A stretch of DNA of 64,000 bases from Tubulanus polymorphus. Its lineage: Eukaryota; Animalia; Nemertea. The notes under the pieces were generated by a model, which saw only the letters and a program-made list of their open reading frames with translations, did not search any database and was not told the DNA's origin. This document shows positions 47,671 through 62,142 of the stretch, one piece after another. Position 1 is the stretch's first letter. Each line of letters opens with the position of its first letter. A program made the translations under genes and the position numbers. The stretch is from positions 11,015,859 through 11,079,858 of the forward strand of contig NC_134036.1 in the NCBI RefSeq assembly GCF_964204645.1, written 5' to 3'.

Positions 47671-50193
47671 TTTTTTTTTTTTTTTTTTTTGCCTCAGATA
47701 CTACCATATATATTGAAAGCCTAAAAATTTTAAATGATGTGCTGTAGTAATTAGAGAGAGATTCGACTATGTCTATAGAAAAGTGTTCAAATAGGTATGT
47801 TAAAGTTAAGTTGGCGGCTGATGTTTATTGAGAGCTAAGAGCTAAAAGCAGTGAAAATGAAGCGAGTTTGATATGGCAGTCGGTCTCGTATCCTAAATAT
47901 CGGATACGATAGTCCTTCATCATTGGCTTTTTGTTTTTGCTTAGGGTTAGGTGTATTTGGATTTTGGTAGGTTAGTTTCCTGTTGTTTGACTATGTGCTG
48001 CAAGAAAGGGGGACATTGTAATAGTTAAACAGTTAAATAAGCATTTAAATATTTGAAAAGTTGGAAAAGTCTTCTGCTTTTCGTCTCGAGGAAAAAGGAA
48101 CCTGAAAAGGAATTAAGAAATTTCTTTGAATTAATGGCGCGCTGCGCTGCGCTGGCGCTGCAAATTTGCTTTGCTTATTCGCTGGTACCAATAGTAATAA
48201 TTTGGTGTAGTCAAAGGATTTTCTGTATAAGTTATAGTACGTACAGGTGGGATAGTACTAAATACGTGGGATGTAATCTTTTATTATTTATCTAATTTTT
48301 ACGTAATTACATATACGTATAAGAAACACTGTTTCTTTGTCAGTTAGTCTAGGATAGAGTTTCGTTGGGTATGTTAGCAGGTAGGGAAATTTTGGGTTTG
48401 TGTCGGAAACGACTATAACACAAGTTTCCTGCGGGGTGTATACATTTAGAATATGTCAAGACGGGTAACAGCATTTAATAAAATAGTGAACGCTGTTCGG
48501 GGGTTATCAGGGTGACGGTTCTGAGTATACATATGTATAATTAGGATATTATATAGTTTTGATCTACAGTATGTTGCTGTAGCATTACGCACTGTAGATC
48601 TGCATAAGGTTTAATGCCAGTTTTAGACAGTTTATGCTGGATTACAGCGTGGTATGATATCTATATATAGAGTGTACGTAGCTATTTTCACAGCAGTACG
48701 TACATAAGCTTATGTATAAGGAATACATAAATATGCTTATATATACAGGTTCTATATAGAGTTGGTGTCAGGAGTTCATCTACCAGTCATTTCACTTTGG
48801 GTATTTATAATAGTATCGTTTGAGGGTGGATTTGGAAGTTAGATCAAGGGGTATTAGAAGTTTTCTATGATCTGTAATGTGTAGCTATATAATATATTTA
48901 TATATGCATTACACATAAGACAGGTCTGTTTTTGCTGCTGATCTTTTTGGGCGGTCGTTCGTATCAAGAGACGCCTGTGCATAATGTTTTCCTTGGTACG
49001 AGATAAAAGGTGTACCAGTAATGTATATGCCTTGAATTCCTTTGGGCTTTGACAAACGCAGATCGTTCATGCAGAGGAGACGGTTGTCAGATATACATAT
49101 TCGTCGAAAATTGGTAGCGTAATAATGAACGTTACATTTGGGGTAATTTTCAATTGTGGGGTATCAGAGTGAATATTCTGATTTTGCAGAAGTATAGTCG
49201 GGAAACTAGTTTTGATCTATAGTGTGTAGCTTTGTGCATTACACAGTACAGATCTGCAGATTTGCCGTTTTCTGAAGTGTACGTAGCTATAAATACAGCA
49301 GTACGCACAGATGCATATGTATAAAAATACATACCTATATATGTATAGTTGGTCTTACAGCCGCTTCGCTTGGGGTTTTACCAAGATAACGTATTATGGT
49401 GGTTTATACGGTGTGTAGCTATAATATATGTTGAAGCAGTACACGCCTGTATTAACCCACAATTTTATGCAGCGGTGATAGTCTTTCAGATATTCTATAT
49501 CTCAGCATGTGTAGTGCAGATACAGAGATTATTGAAAAGTAAAAGGGAGGTTCCGTTCATGTCAATACATATTTGACTTCCAGGTTTAAACTCCTCTTTT
49601 CAAAGCGTATTTGGAGAGGATGGTTCTATAGTATAGTGATCACACATATGAAGAGTTTGGTATTATATGGTTGTGTAGCTATTATTGTACAGCAGTACAC
49701 ACTCTAAACAACCCTGTACTTTAATGTACAGTCACGTAGAAACGCCTGGAGGAAGAGGAAAGAAAAAGTTGCCGTTGGTTTCAATCTTTCTATTAGCAAG
49801 CAGAGAGAGGATCATATGGGTTATAATCTTTACATATTTGAAAGTAGATTCGTTACAAATTAGGATCACGCGTGTGTCGAGCCAGGTTCATATTGGGATA
49901 TTGTATATATGTTTATAGACGTATTACACGCATGTAAAGAGAATATGATTTGTGGTGGCGGATTTCCAGAGTTTTAATGTACGGGCATTCAAGCGTAGTA
50001 TAAATGGTTATAAAGGGTTTGCCCCGATATTATTTTTGAATATGTATGAAATTTTAGTGATGTATACGTACATATCTACATGTACCGACATATACATACG
50101 TATTCATATATACACACATATACATATAGACGTTGTGTTTTTGAAAAATAATACCAAAACAATACTGCATACATACATAGACTCAACAGTTGT

Positions 50194-53100
50194 TTACGAT
50201 ATATTAGTATTTCTGATTTTATTTTCTCTTCTAAACTTTGCTATTTGATTTTTAAATTCTAGTATGGGGGGTATAGGTATAACGTTTTTATGCTTAGTTT
50301 GGTTTCTGTGTTTCCAAATGATGAATTTATAGGTTGTGATAAATATATTGGCGTTGTTCTCAGCCTGTTTGTCTTTGTACTTAAATTTAGGATGAAAGAA
50401 AAATATCAGTTCCCTATCGAGGGTATTGTTCAATAAGGTATCTGAACTCGTATTTTTCAGATATTCAAGCAGAGAAGTTTTTATGGGTTGTATATGTTGA
50501 CACAGTATAAAGGTGTGATCTAAGGTTTCTTTTTGATTACAGTGTGGGCAGAAGGCAATGTATTTACCCTTTGACATGGGTAGTACATCATGTACAATCC
50601 TGTAGTTCAGTTCCTGGAAGTTGTCAGGCATTGTTTTTGACCAGATGATTTTCCAAATCTTTTCGTTGATTAGATGAGGGTTTCTTCTTTGGATGTTAAT
50701 TTTAATTTTTTCAAATTTAATAAGGTGTAGGTATAGAGTTTTCAAAGTGTCTGTCGGTTGGGTCAGGTCATATCCATTGTCTTTGATCTCTTGTTGTAGT
50801 AGATTGAGTATCTGATAGTCTGGTCGAGTGGTTAGTTTTAATGGAATGTGTCTTATATCAATATTAGGGATAATTTTCTTGATCTTTAATGATCCAAAGG
50901 CATAAATAGTGAAGTCAGCCCATTGTGGATATATGTGTTGCATGGTTAGCTGTTTTAGTCTAATAATTTTTTGGAAGAGGTGTGCTTTGGCTTTTTGTTT
51001 TATATTCGTAACTCCACATCCTCCTTTATCTAATGGTAGGTACATTGTTTCTCGAGATATTGTCGGCATTTTATTGTTCCAAATGAAGTTAAATAATTCT
51101 CCTTGGAGTTTTTGTTCATACATTTGGGGGAGTGGGATAAATTTTGTTATGTACCATAGTGTGCTGAGAATATAAGTGTTAGCTAAAGTCGCTCTCTGTC
51201 TAAAGTTGATGTTTCTAATTGTCATTATTTTAAAAGTATTAGTAATTTTTTCCAAGAGAGGTGTCCATAATTCTGAATTTGTCACTTTCCCAATTTTTAG
51301 TCCTAAAATCTTAATAAAGTCTTTAATATATTCTGTCGGGTATATATATTGTGGTTTAGGGTTTATCGAAAGTATTTCTGTTTTTACGGTATTTATTTTG
51401 GAGCCGGAGGCTTTACTGTATTCGTTAAAAGTTTCAAAGGTCGCATGCATCTCATTTGGAGATCTAATAAAAACATTCGTGTCGTCAGCATATTGGGTTA
51501 GTTTAGTTAAATTTTTACCGCCAGGATGCATTATACCAGAGATATTGGGGTATTTCCTTATCATATTGCCTAGAGGTTCGATACATAAAACATATAATAA
51601 CATCGATAAGGGACACCCTTGTCTTACTCCCCTTTGAATTTCTACAATATCGGTTAGTTCATTGTTGATAATGATTTTAGATTTGGGTTTTTCGTAAAGG
51701 ATGTGTATCCATTTCTGGAAGTTTGGTCCGAAATTATATTTACTAATTACTTTAAAGAGGAAGTTATGGTTTACTCGGTCAAAGGCTTTTTCCTGATCTA
51801 AAGACATTATAGCTGCATGTGTATTAGTGTTTCAGATATATTGAAAGATATCTTGGGCCAGATATATATTATCAAAGATTTGTCGTCCAGGAATGCCACA
51901 TGTTTGGTCAGGATGGACAATTTCTCCTAAAACTGTTTTCAATCTTGCAGCTAAAACTTTTGTTAGTATTTTATAATCCACATTTAACAACGAAATTGGA
52001 CGCCAGTTTTTTAAAAGTTCCAAATCACCTTTTTTAGGAATAATTTTTATATAAGCTAGTTGTTGCGATTCTGTGAGGGATTGAGCGAGGAAGATGTTAT
52101 TATACAGTTCAGTTAATTCTTCTCCTATGCTTTTCCAAATAGTCAAATAAAATTCTTTAGGTAGTCCGTCTGGTCCAGGCGTTTTATTGTTTTTCATGTC
52201 AGTTAGTGCTTTAAAAATTTCATCGGTAGTTATAAAATCTTCTAAACGGTCCGCATTTTCTTGTGTTAGTGTTTTATCTATATAATTAGTAATTTCCTCT
52301 TGTTTGGCATCGTTTAGGTTTTCTTTGGTATATAGGTCTTGATAATATTCTTGTGCGATCTTTTTAATTTCTTCAGTGTTTTGGGTCGGGTCATTGTTTT
52401 TATTTTTCAAGGTTTCAATGATAGTGTTTTTATTTTTGGAGTCCAAAAGTCTCTTAATATAAATGGGACTGCTTTCGTCTTCAAAGTAAATGTCAGATTT
52501 GCTTTTAATTTCATTCCCTTTATTTTTATGGGAGAGTATAGTATTGAGTTCTTTTTTAATATTGTTTATTTCGGTTGCTAATGTTTCGCTAGGAGTGTCA
52601 TTATATTGCTGGGATTTCAAAGTTAGTTCTTCGTCAAGACGGTTTTCTGCTAATTTATATTTTTGGGCTTGTTCTATAGTGACTTTATTAATGGATTTTT
52701 TAAATTTTTCTTTTAAATTGTCCCAGGCGTCGCGTGCAGTCATGTGTTTTTTAGTGTAGTTTCTGTAATGATTAATATCGGCTTTAATTGATTGTTTAAG
52801 TTTCTTATTTTCTAATATGCTAACGTTGCATTTCCAGAGTGCAAAGTTTTTGTTTTTAGGTCGTAAATTACTAGTAGTGATTGGATCCAGAAAGGGTATT
52901 TCGATTTGAACTGCCTGGTGGTCGGTAAATGCTATTGGAAAATGTCTTATAGTTGTTTCTAAAATGCGTGAGTCGTTGGTATAAAATCTGTCTAATCGGC
53001 TAGAGGCGAGTCTATAGACAGATTTTCCTCTAGGCATTCGTGTGTAAATAGTTTTATTGGGATATTGGTGTCTGAATATATCTATGAGTTTATTATTTTC

Positions 53101-53628
53101 CAAAAATTGACTAAAGAATTCTCGTATACCTGTATAACTGGGATCTAACTTATTTTTCGAGCTATCTAGGGGGTTGAGTATAATATTAAAGTCTCCAGCG
53201 AAAATAGTGGGGGTATTATCAACGCTGATTTTTTGTTCGAGGACTTTATAGAATTCTGATTTTTGAAGATTTATAGCCGGGTTGTATATATTAATTATTC
53301 TTAATTTTGAGTTGCTAGTTTTATTTGTTAAATAGATGTGTGATAGTCGTCCTGGTATTAAAATCTGAAAGGTTATATAGTGTTCGGCTGCTATTATGTT
53401 GGGGATTAGAAACATGGTTCCAGCCTGCTGTTTCGTGCCTGGGTTGTTAAAAATATGGTTGTTAGTCTTGTTTTCAAGGTATTTGATCGTTCTTTCAGGG
53501 GGGTTGTGGGTTTCTTGTAGTAGGATAATTGGTTTTCTAAATTTTTTAATTTGTGCGACAATGTCTGGAATTTTGGTTGATAAGCCCTCAGTATTGAGGG
53601 TAACTACGTTTAGAGGATTTAGATCCAT
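50194..53628 (-). pseudogene. ORF2: AP endonuclease - reverse transcriptase - CCHC, one in-frame TGA at 51834-51832
   Basis: LQETH, GDFN, RLDRFY, TDH; PGPDG, WRPISLLNVDYK, DQEKAFD, QGCPLS, YADD; CPHC..ETLDH...C. Confidence 0.95.
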
Positions 53629-53639
53629 GAAGATTTAAT

Positions 53640-54638
53640 TTAGACATCAACAAATTGTATGTTCTTTGTGGAGGTTTTCTTTCTTTTATCTATTTTTTCT
53701 TCGGGTGTGCTTCTCGGTCTTTTTGGGGTCGATGTTAGAGCCTGGCTCGACACACGAGGTTCGGCTTTATCATCATACGATCGTGTCCTAGGGGGATATA
53801 TCGGTAGGTCGATCATATCCTTGTATATTTGGATATTATGGTCTACATCCAAGGTATATTCGGTTTGTTGGGATAATGGAGGTGGGAGCTCAAATTCCTG
53901 ATCGTTTAGCTCATCGGCTTCCTCGATACTAGGTTCGGGGAGCGGTATTTGAGCCGGTTCTTGGGAAGGCTCATCTACAGCATGTGGTGTAACTACCGCT
54001 TGGGCATACGTTAGATGCTGTTGGTGATCTTGTGTTGCGGCTGCATCTTTCGGGCAGTCCTTTGCTATGTGTCCCCTCTCGCGACATACATAGCAAAGAG
54101 GAGGTTGAACTATCTGGCCATCGTACTTGACCGTGATTCGGGCTTTTTTAACGTACATGGTACGATATATAGGTTTGTCTATGTAGCCCTTGAAGTGACG
54201 GACTCCCGAAAAAATTTGCGGGTAGTCTTTGAGGACTCCTCTTTTATGCGAAAGGGTCATAAACCCATATTTTTCGTTAAGTTTCTTGGCAATATCTTGG
54301 CTTGCCAGTTCAAAAGGTGCACCATATATGTGAAGCCACACAAAGGGTTTCGTGTCGGATGTTACGTTGGGTGCACGTTGAAAATTTATTCGGGTGCCTT
54401 TAATTGAGGGTATCTTATATTTTATTTCTCTTAGAAGTCCTCCAATCGTTCTGGAGTCAGTAAAACTGACCTCATAAATGTTGTCGGACGTTCTCGACAC
54501 TTGGCATATTTCAGAGAGTTCGATGTCGTACTGTTGGAGGAGTTTAATTATTTCTGTCTGAGTAATGTGCCTATTGTCATTATCGTCAGGCTCAGGCTCT
54601 AAAATCAGGGTAGCTGACCTGTCTAAGAGGGTAGTCAT
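53640..54638 (-). CDS. ORF1 gag-like protein with zinc knuckle
   Basis: P.EL....I...L, SGVR, V.YDGQ, CYVCRERGHIAKDC. Confidence 0.88.
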   Translation of the reverse strand: MTTLLDRSATLILEPEPDDNDNRHITQTEIIKLLQQYDIELSEICQVSRTSDNIYEVSFTDSRTIGGLLREIKYKIPSIKGTRINFQRAPNVTSDTKPFVWLHIYGAPFELASQDIAKKLNEKYGFMTLSHKRGVLKDYPQIFSGVRHFKGYIDKPIYRTMYVKKARITVKYDGQIVQPPLCYVCRERGHIAKDCPKDAAATQDHQQHLTYAQAVVTPHAVDEPSQEPAQIPLPEPSIEEADELNDQEFELPPPLSQQTEYTLDVDHNIQIYKDMIDLPIYPPRTRSYDDKAEPRVSSQALTSTPKRPRSTPEEKIDKRKKTSTKNIQFVDV

Positions 54639-55189
54639 AGTGCGTCTGATATATATATATATATATATAAGTGCGAAGAGACAAAAGGTTATAATTTTAA
54701 CAAACAATATAACAATTGACAGAGAAAATGTTAATGTAATAACTTTTAATTTTCAAAATGATATGAACATGAAAAAGGTGCACTACAAAGTGAAAGGATT
54801 TCACCGATAATGAGTGTCTCCAGCTAGATTATGCTCCAGTCCGGTATCGAAGAGCTGATATATATCCGCTAAGTCTGCGAATTAGCACTGTTACAGGTAT
54901 GGTATAATCCAGTAATCCAAGCGGTTTTGAAGAAAACTGTGCACCTGGGAGTGGCGCGGAAGGCGCTGCGTAAAAGCGACTAACACAACGCTAAGCTCCT
55001 TTACCGCCCTTGCCTCGGCCAGACATGATTAATCGATGATTATTGAGTAGAGTTGATAGAAACCGCGCTCCGTGTCACAACGACGAGTCGAATGTACGAA
55101 TTCAGCCGTGTACTGTATTAAACGCACGACTAAACGACCAAAAGGTAAGTCCCTACGTCCCTACAAACGTTGAGCAAATATATGTAGCT

Positions 55190-57215
55190 AGTCTTACGCA
55201 GACACTCACGCATTCTACCGAAACACGCTGTGCGAATAAATTCGCTGCGAAAATAATGTAGTGTGTAAGAGGCTTTACTGATGCTTCATCGGGCAAAAGG
55301 GTTAATAAGAAAACTTACATGCACTAATTCTTTATCGATTATAGAAACCTTCTTCTATTTAACTTTATGTCGACTGAAATTATGGACGGATTATTTCCAC
55401 AATGTTCTCATAGATCCAGTTATGAGATCAGATCAAGTGTAGGCATAATGTATTGATTGATGGATACATCAAATGTTTCTCGCTCCTCAAGCGGCAGGCG
55501 ATGCTGGACCGTAAAAGCGTCCTAAACCGTAAATGTGTTTTTGTTTTTATATCACCTACTGTTGTTGGTAAAAACAAAATAATTTGGCCTAATTGTATAT
55601 CCTCTACCTCACATACTACACCGAATTTATAGTTCAGTTCTTTGATGGCACCTGTTAAAAACACAAATCAGTGAATATATGTTAATAAACTGATATGTGG
55701 GTCTTTTCCGGAAATTGGATTTTTGTCCGAAAATTGGAGTTTTGTCAGACTTGGCCTTGAAAAAATCTAACAACATCGCTAGCACATAAACAATATTGAT
55801 TGCATTTTGATAGCACCTTTTCGGATATTCAGTATAACTTCAATTAAGCTGGCATACGACTAAATTCACAAAGTCATGGTTGAAATGTGGTATAAATTCA
55901 AGGTTGCAGCGGGCTAAGAAAGTAAATTAAAATTCCACTATTTAATGCCGATGTTGAACTGTGGCTAATGCTGCATGATACGTCGATGTTTTAGATTGTC
56001 TTTTGTTGCCAACGGTGACGTACATAAACGAAAAAATGGATAGATGAAAGAAAAACATCGGCTTCATGTCCATTTTCTTAAGATGCCTGGTACACCTACT
56101 TTGCATTTGGCTTTTGTGCGTTCACAATTCTCTTGTCTGTTTGTCCGGGAGTCGACGATATCAAATTATTTTCCGATTTCGACGAACGTTTTATCTGTGT
56201 TTGATGTTTATGAGTTATTGGTCCGTTCGTAGATACATACATTGTAACTCGACCTGCTCCAGTCAGTCTTATTATGTCTACAGATCTCACTTTTGGATAC
56301 TGCGCGTATTATTCCAGTAGCATGTACATCAATCGTGTACTCGAGCCACGAAGTGTAACGGCAAAATATTGCGTTCACTTTATATACATGTGTTTCAGTA
56401 GGACCACGGTCAAATGTCCGACTCAGAAAAATTCCGATTATATTATGAGTAAGTCGGGTTTTGGGGTTTTCTAAGGAAAAATCTGAGTTAGCTACTAATA
56501 CTAAGACCCTAACCCTAACAACTTGGTGCACGGGGTCAATATTCTATTATATAGCCGACTACAATTGCAACATATATTCTCCTTCGGAACATATATTCTA
56601 GCCGACTTAGTCGAATTTCTAACTATGAGACAGATTTTGATGGGAAAATGAACTGAGAAAATCGGGTCTTTGGATTCAGCAGATTTTGCTGATTTTCCTA
56701 TTTAAAGCCGTCCGACTTGGGCCAGTTCTACTGTAGTTGTCCGTGTGTTTCATTCCGATACGTCGAGAGAATCGAGTAATTTGGAGTGTTCTGGAAACGA
56801 TTTATTGGTGTTAATTCCCCGTATATAAAATCTGCAGGTTACATACTCTGCATTGTCGTTTACTGCGGTATTGGATTTTGTGGTTACACTTGTGATATTG
56901 TGTCCTTTATCAATGTTTATCATCCAACTTTTTACTAATCTGCTTGCCTGGAACTTGTCTGCTGTGGCCATCGGTATGTTCTGTATCATGTTATATTACC
57001 CCGATGATATATAATTAGCTGCATCACCCACGTGATATCTGTATCTTATTCTTTTTGCACATAACATGCTTGCTATAAATATGTACTGCTTCTAGATATG
57101 TGAGATGGATATTGCCTGAATAATCCCTGTTATGCGGAAATGTGATTTTGAGACACAGTCCCGTCATTAAAGGTTTACTTACCCATGACATATTTTTCCA
57201 TTCAAAGCGCCGCTT
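55190..57215 (+). repeat. 3' part of interspersed repeat copy 1
   Basis: Collinear, diverged match to 62650-63895 with internal insertions. Confidence 0.85.
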
Positions 57216-59160
57216 ACTTTTCGTGTGCTGTATCTTTTTTTCTGTTAAAGGACTGTTAAAATCTTGCCGTAGTGGTTATTTTCGGGACATCAAGAACCAA
57301 TAACAATCATTAGTATCACAATCATATGATATCTTACCTTCAATGAGTAGAAATCCGTGTAAATACACCCGTGAACGCCTTAGAGGTGACTCGGACCATG
57401 TGCTCACTCTACAGCACCTGTCCACTCCCTCCATCTGGAGGCCACCATGCAAACTACTGATGTACTACTAATGGAATAAATATATCATCAGCTTATCAGT
57501 GCGCGATGACGCATCACAAATGTAGTAAAATTATCGAGCTGTTGATACAAACATTGTGACTGAAGTACACTGTTAAAAATAAATTGGTAAATTAACCAAA
57601 AAAAAATTGGCAGGAAATTTTACCCACAGGTGTAGTAAAATTACTACATATAGTGAATTTACTGACTTTATAGTTATTCTTAAACACCAATGATGGTTAA
57701 TTAACATACAGTAAGTAATTTTACATTACCTATATATTACATTTACTTGCTTAATTGTCAATCTTAAACACCAATGATAAGCGAATTTACATACATAGAG
57801 CGAGTAAATTTACATTATCATATAGTTAATTTACTTCTTTATAGACAATGTTAAATACAAATAATATGGTGTAAAACCAATTTTCGTGGTCCTACTGCCA
57901 AATTAAAGAACTGGTACATGTGCCCAATTATTTTAATGTAAATCCAATGAAACCTCTAGAGTTACCACAAATCAGTGCAAAATAACAATAATAATATTTG
58001 AGTATCAAAACATCAACAATCGATTTTATTGGGCCAAAAAATCATGACTGCCCATAAAAAACCTATAATCAAGATACAATTATATTGATTGCAAAACAAA
58101 CAGACTTCTTTCAGGTATCCGATTACTCTGTATTTCATATACCCAAGTCTGAATTGAATTTAAATTTTCTCCAAAAAAATAGAAAAGGGAAGGAGCTGAA
58201 ATTGTGCATGTCTCAATATTCTATGACATCAGTTTTTTTTTTTTAACAGAGCTTGGATATCAAAAACATGTAACTAGGCATATCCCAGAAAAGGGCCTAA
58301 GCTATTTACCAAAACAATTGATGAGCTAAATAAATTTCATCTTAGGCAGTAAAATTTGAGAAAATTCATAATGAAGCCAGACAAGTGAAATAGTTATATA
58401 TTTACACCTAAAATCGAATACAAAACTCTCAACACAACTGTCTAAACTTGAACTCCCATGTTGAACTTTTACATGTAAATTACATATATTAAGACAAAGT
58501 ACGAATTGCTAAGTACTGGTATGGCACAAAGACATCCAGTATTAAAGGTTAAGATTAATCTAATCTCTATCGTGATTCAGCACAGCCTAAGAAGAACAAA
58601 CATTTTCAAACTATTACAACCATAATATTTTAGAAAAAAGGTACTGCACTTTAATCAACTAGATATCGAGTAATATTGTATGAAAAACCTGTCAAAATTA
58701 CTGTTAGTAGTTTTACACATCAAAATACCCAGTAAGCGTGATAATATGAAAGGTAAATTAATTTTGACAGTTTTCCATGCTCAAAACAATTCAACTCAAA
58801 ATATCATTTCCAACTACTTTCAATCTACTAACTCGCAAAAAAGTGACACACCTCGCACCGATGGAATTAATTAATTAATTTGCTAAGTCAACGGATTATT
58901 TCCATTCAATCTCAAAATCTACCAGTTAATGGAAATGAAACAGCACTTTTCCACTTTTAAAATTCTAAAATATCAAGTTTAGTCATGACTTCTGGTCATA
59001 TTCAAACATAATTTGTAAAGATGAAATTCTTTTCAACAATGAAATTCAAGAACAAATCAGGGGAAACTGTCAAAATTTTTCAAAAGTAAAATGTAGTTGT
59101 ACCAATCAAAATACCCAGTAGGCGTGCGACACGCAGAAATACGGAAGTGATGGGTTAAAC

Positions 59161-59192
59161 CATGGACGTATAAACTAGATTATACGTCCATG
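59161..59192. mobile_element. 32-bp palindromic mini-element with 7-bp TSD
   Basis: CATGGACGTATAA-ACTAGA-TTATACGTCCATG flanked by GTTAAAC on both sides. Confidence 0.7.
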
Positions 59193-61071
59193 GTTAAACT
59201 AACCGTCAAAATAGACGAATGATATATAAAAATAGGCCTAATGAAATGATGCGTACTAATAGAAACAAATATTTCTTCAGTTTCTTTATACCATGAGTCA
59301 ATAGATTATTTCCAATACATTCCATGGAATTCCTGAATTAATTTTTAAAATCAACAGGTTATTTCCCATTCCCTCCTCAAATCTGCCCGCTTGCAGACAA
59401 GCAACACAACGCGCATCGATGGACTTCTCGAATTAATAATGTCACATCATCAGATCATATGCAGTCGGTCTCGAAATCTGCCAGCTCACGGAAGAGTGAC
59501 ACTACCCTTGGTGATGGACTTCCTGAATTAATAGACAGGAAACATCTAAAAGAAAACAAAAGGAAATCATAACTTAAAAGTATTTTCAAAAAACCTTAAA
59601 AAATAATTATTCGCAAAAAACTGACTGTGTAATGACAGTACACTCGATGCATTATATATTTCATAATACTAATAATTTGTGGTTTGAGTTACATGTCGTG
59701 AGTAGCCAAGTTTATCTGCATTGATGCTGTATATGTTTTTTTTTTGTTTTTGCATATACAACTGGCCCATGACTCGGTAATGCACCCTAACAACTAACAG
59801 AAGAACCAAGTATTTTTGCATAATTTCTTAAATTAATGGATTTGAATCAAATTCTTAAAAATTTGAACCAGTTTCTGATGTTTCTGAAAACTTAAAGGCC
59901 GATACACAAAGGCTGGAATTGAAAAATACATATTTGGATGAACAGAGGAATTGAAAATTTGCAGATATTGATACATGTATATTCCGACTGAATCCCAGTT
60001 GCTAATTAGTGTATGGAATTCTAATAAATGTATAGCCAGTTCAACATTCTAAGTCTTTGTGTATGCAGGTTTCGCCTAATATTTTTTTTTCATTCGTAAA
60101 TTTACTTTCGATGATTGCAACAAAGAAAAGCTGACTGGAAATCAAAGAATAAGATGATCAAAATGTTACAAATTTTCAATGAAATATTTAATTAAAACGT
60201 TGTCATTTTTTAGATGGGTCAAACACGTTCATACATAGCACTTTGTCCAGGGGTGTCCTCCATTTATTCATTCTGTAAGAACATTTTTGCTGATGTTTGA
60301 CCTGTTTGTGTACACATTTGTAAGCATTATAGTACTAAGGAATGTTGGCACAATTTTGACTCCGTCCCCTATGTATGATAGAAAGAAGACTAACCTCTGA
60401 ATAAACTCCAGTGTCTTTATCCAGTGTCTAGTGTCCCTGTGTATACTCGATATTGAACACAAAGAAACAGATGAATAGCAGTTTAACTGCATCATTGTAA
60501 TCACTTATCATCATGCTCGAGAAAACTGCACCATAAATAACAATATATAGAACGTATCAGCTGAGAATGTTGAATCCCCTGTAAAAAGATGTTTAACTAG
60601 TTAAATAAGCTAAAAACATATATTAGATCTTTCATATACATTATGCACAAAATATTGCACACTTGTTTAGAGGGTTATCAAGCTGCTTATAAGAAAAAAA
60701 TGAAAAACTAAATCTTGAAGCAATTTTGAAGACAAATTCATTCAAATTTAACCCCGTGTTGAATGGGAATCCTCTAGCATCTAGGTTAACCTGGAATTAT
60801 GGTTTGAGGACTTTGACTGGTAGTTTGCTGGTGTTTACACTTACCCATAACAGCAATTAATGGCGTTAATGGTTTATTCTAGCCTTTGTTGATTTTGGCC
60901 TCATTGCCATCAATCTAAAAATTTAAACACAACAACAGATTAAAATTTTGCCAAATTTTGGGACTCGTATTTGCTGGCAAAATGGAATACAGTAGAACTT
61001 GCCTACCTCAGAATTTGTTTGGCAGTAGACTTTTTCCGAGATAAGTGTTGTCAATCTATTGAAAACTTAGC

Positions 61072-61208
61072 GAGTGAGTGAGTGAGTGAGTGAGTGAGTG
61101 AGTGAGTGAGTGAGTGAGTGAGTGAGTGATTGAGTGAGTGAGTGAGTGAGTGAGCGAATGTTTGGGAGGGGGAGAGTGAGTGAGCGAGTGTTGGGGAGGG
61201 GGAGAGTG
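61072..61208 (+). repeat. (GAGT)n microsatellite with adjacent 30-bp duplication
   Basis: Direct inspection. Confidence 0.95.
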
Positions 61209-62142
61209 AAAAATAAGATCTCGGGACCATCCAAATAAAAAGTGTGCCCCATTGCTATAGACATTTTTCACGAGAGGCCAATCATGGACAGCACAATTTA
61301 TCGACATAGATTTTTTGCTTATCTTTATCGTTATGGGAACTAGCTCTTAAAAATGATGAAGAAACTCCAATTAAATATAATCACAGAAATCCATATAATC
61401 GTTTTTAATGTTTGTCTCAGAGAGATCCAGAATGTTGGATTTGGATCTCCCTGAGACTTAAGTAGCCCTTGGCTCCACCCTCCAAAACTTTGTGACAGGT
61501 GGGCTGTGATTGGTAAAAAACCAAAGTAACCAAAGTTTTTGACAGTTTTTAGGCCTAGCTGAGATGGCAGTGTGTTGATTACTCACATTTATACACACAT
61601 TACTCCATGCTATTGTTCTAATAGTGGTGGCTGAGCAGTTTTATGATAACCGAGTAGTACGTAGTACTGAAACAGTTTGTGAATGTGCACACAAAGAAAC
61701 TGTCGTAATGTAAGATTCTCCTATTTGAGTTACTTAAAACGATGCCCAAAATGTTGTGATAATCATAATGCATCATATAGATAAGAAAGACACAATACAA
61801 AATAGTAGCGTTAAAAGATCATCAGCTGGTGATTATCAAAAGCGAACCATAGGTTTGTTGAAAATACAAATGTGACCGTTAACTGAACTGATTGTCAGTA
61901 TCGGTCGCCACAGACAGTTTACCTTTTAGTCTCACTGTGTATATGCAGCCATAAAAATAACAGACATAAAAATAACAGAGTGTAGTAGTAGTGTCATGCA
62001 AGCGAATTATTTAAAAGTAAATTGTATTACGTTTTATTTCATAGTTGGTTATTTATTCAGCGTCTGTTTCGTTAATCTTTTTCTTATATATTTTGCACTT
62101 AGCACATACTACCGTAATTATGAATACGATGTTTTCAAGGCG

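Larger units (their letters stand above)
47671..55025 (-). mobile_element. Tx1/L1-clade non-LTR retrotransposon, apparently full length
   Basis: ORF1 + ORF2, ~2.5-kb 3' region and 20-nt poly(A) (T20 at 47671-47690); 5' boundary approximate. Confidence 0.88.

Noticed and set aside
50909-54407. Plus-strand ORFs over the Tx1 element
   Set aside because: Antisense shadows of ORF1 and ORF2
57566-57870. CACTG-start MITE with TTTAC repeats
   Set aside because: No matching right terminus identified
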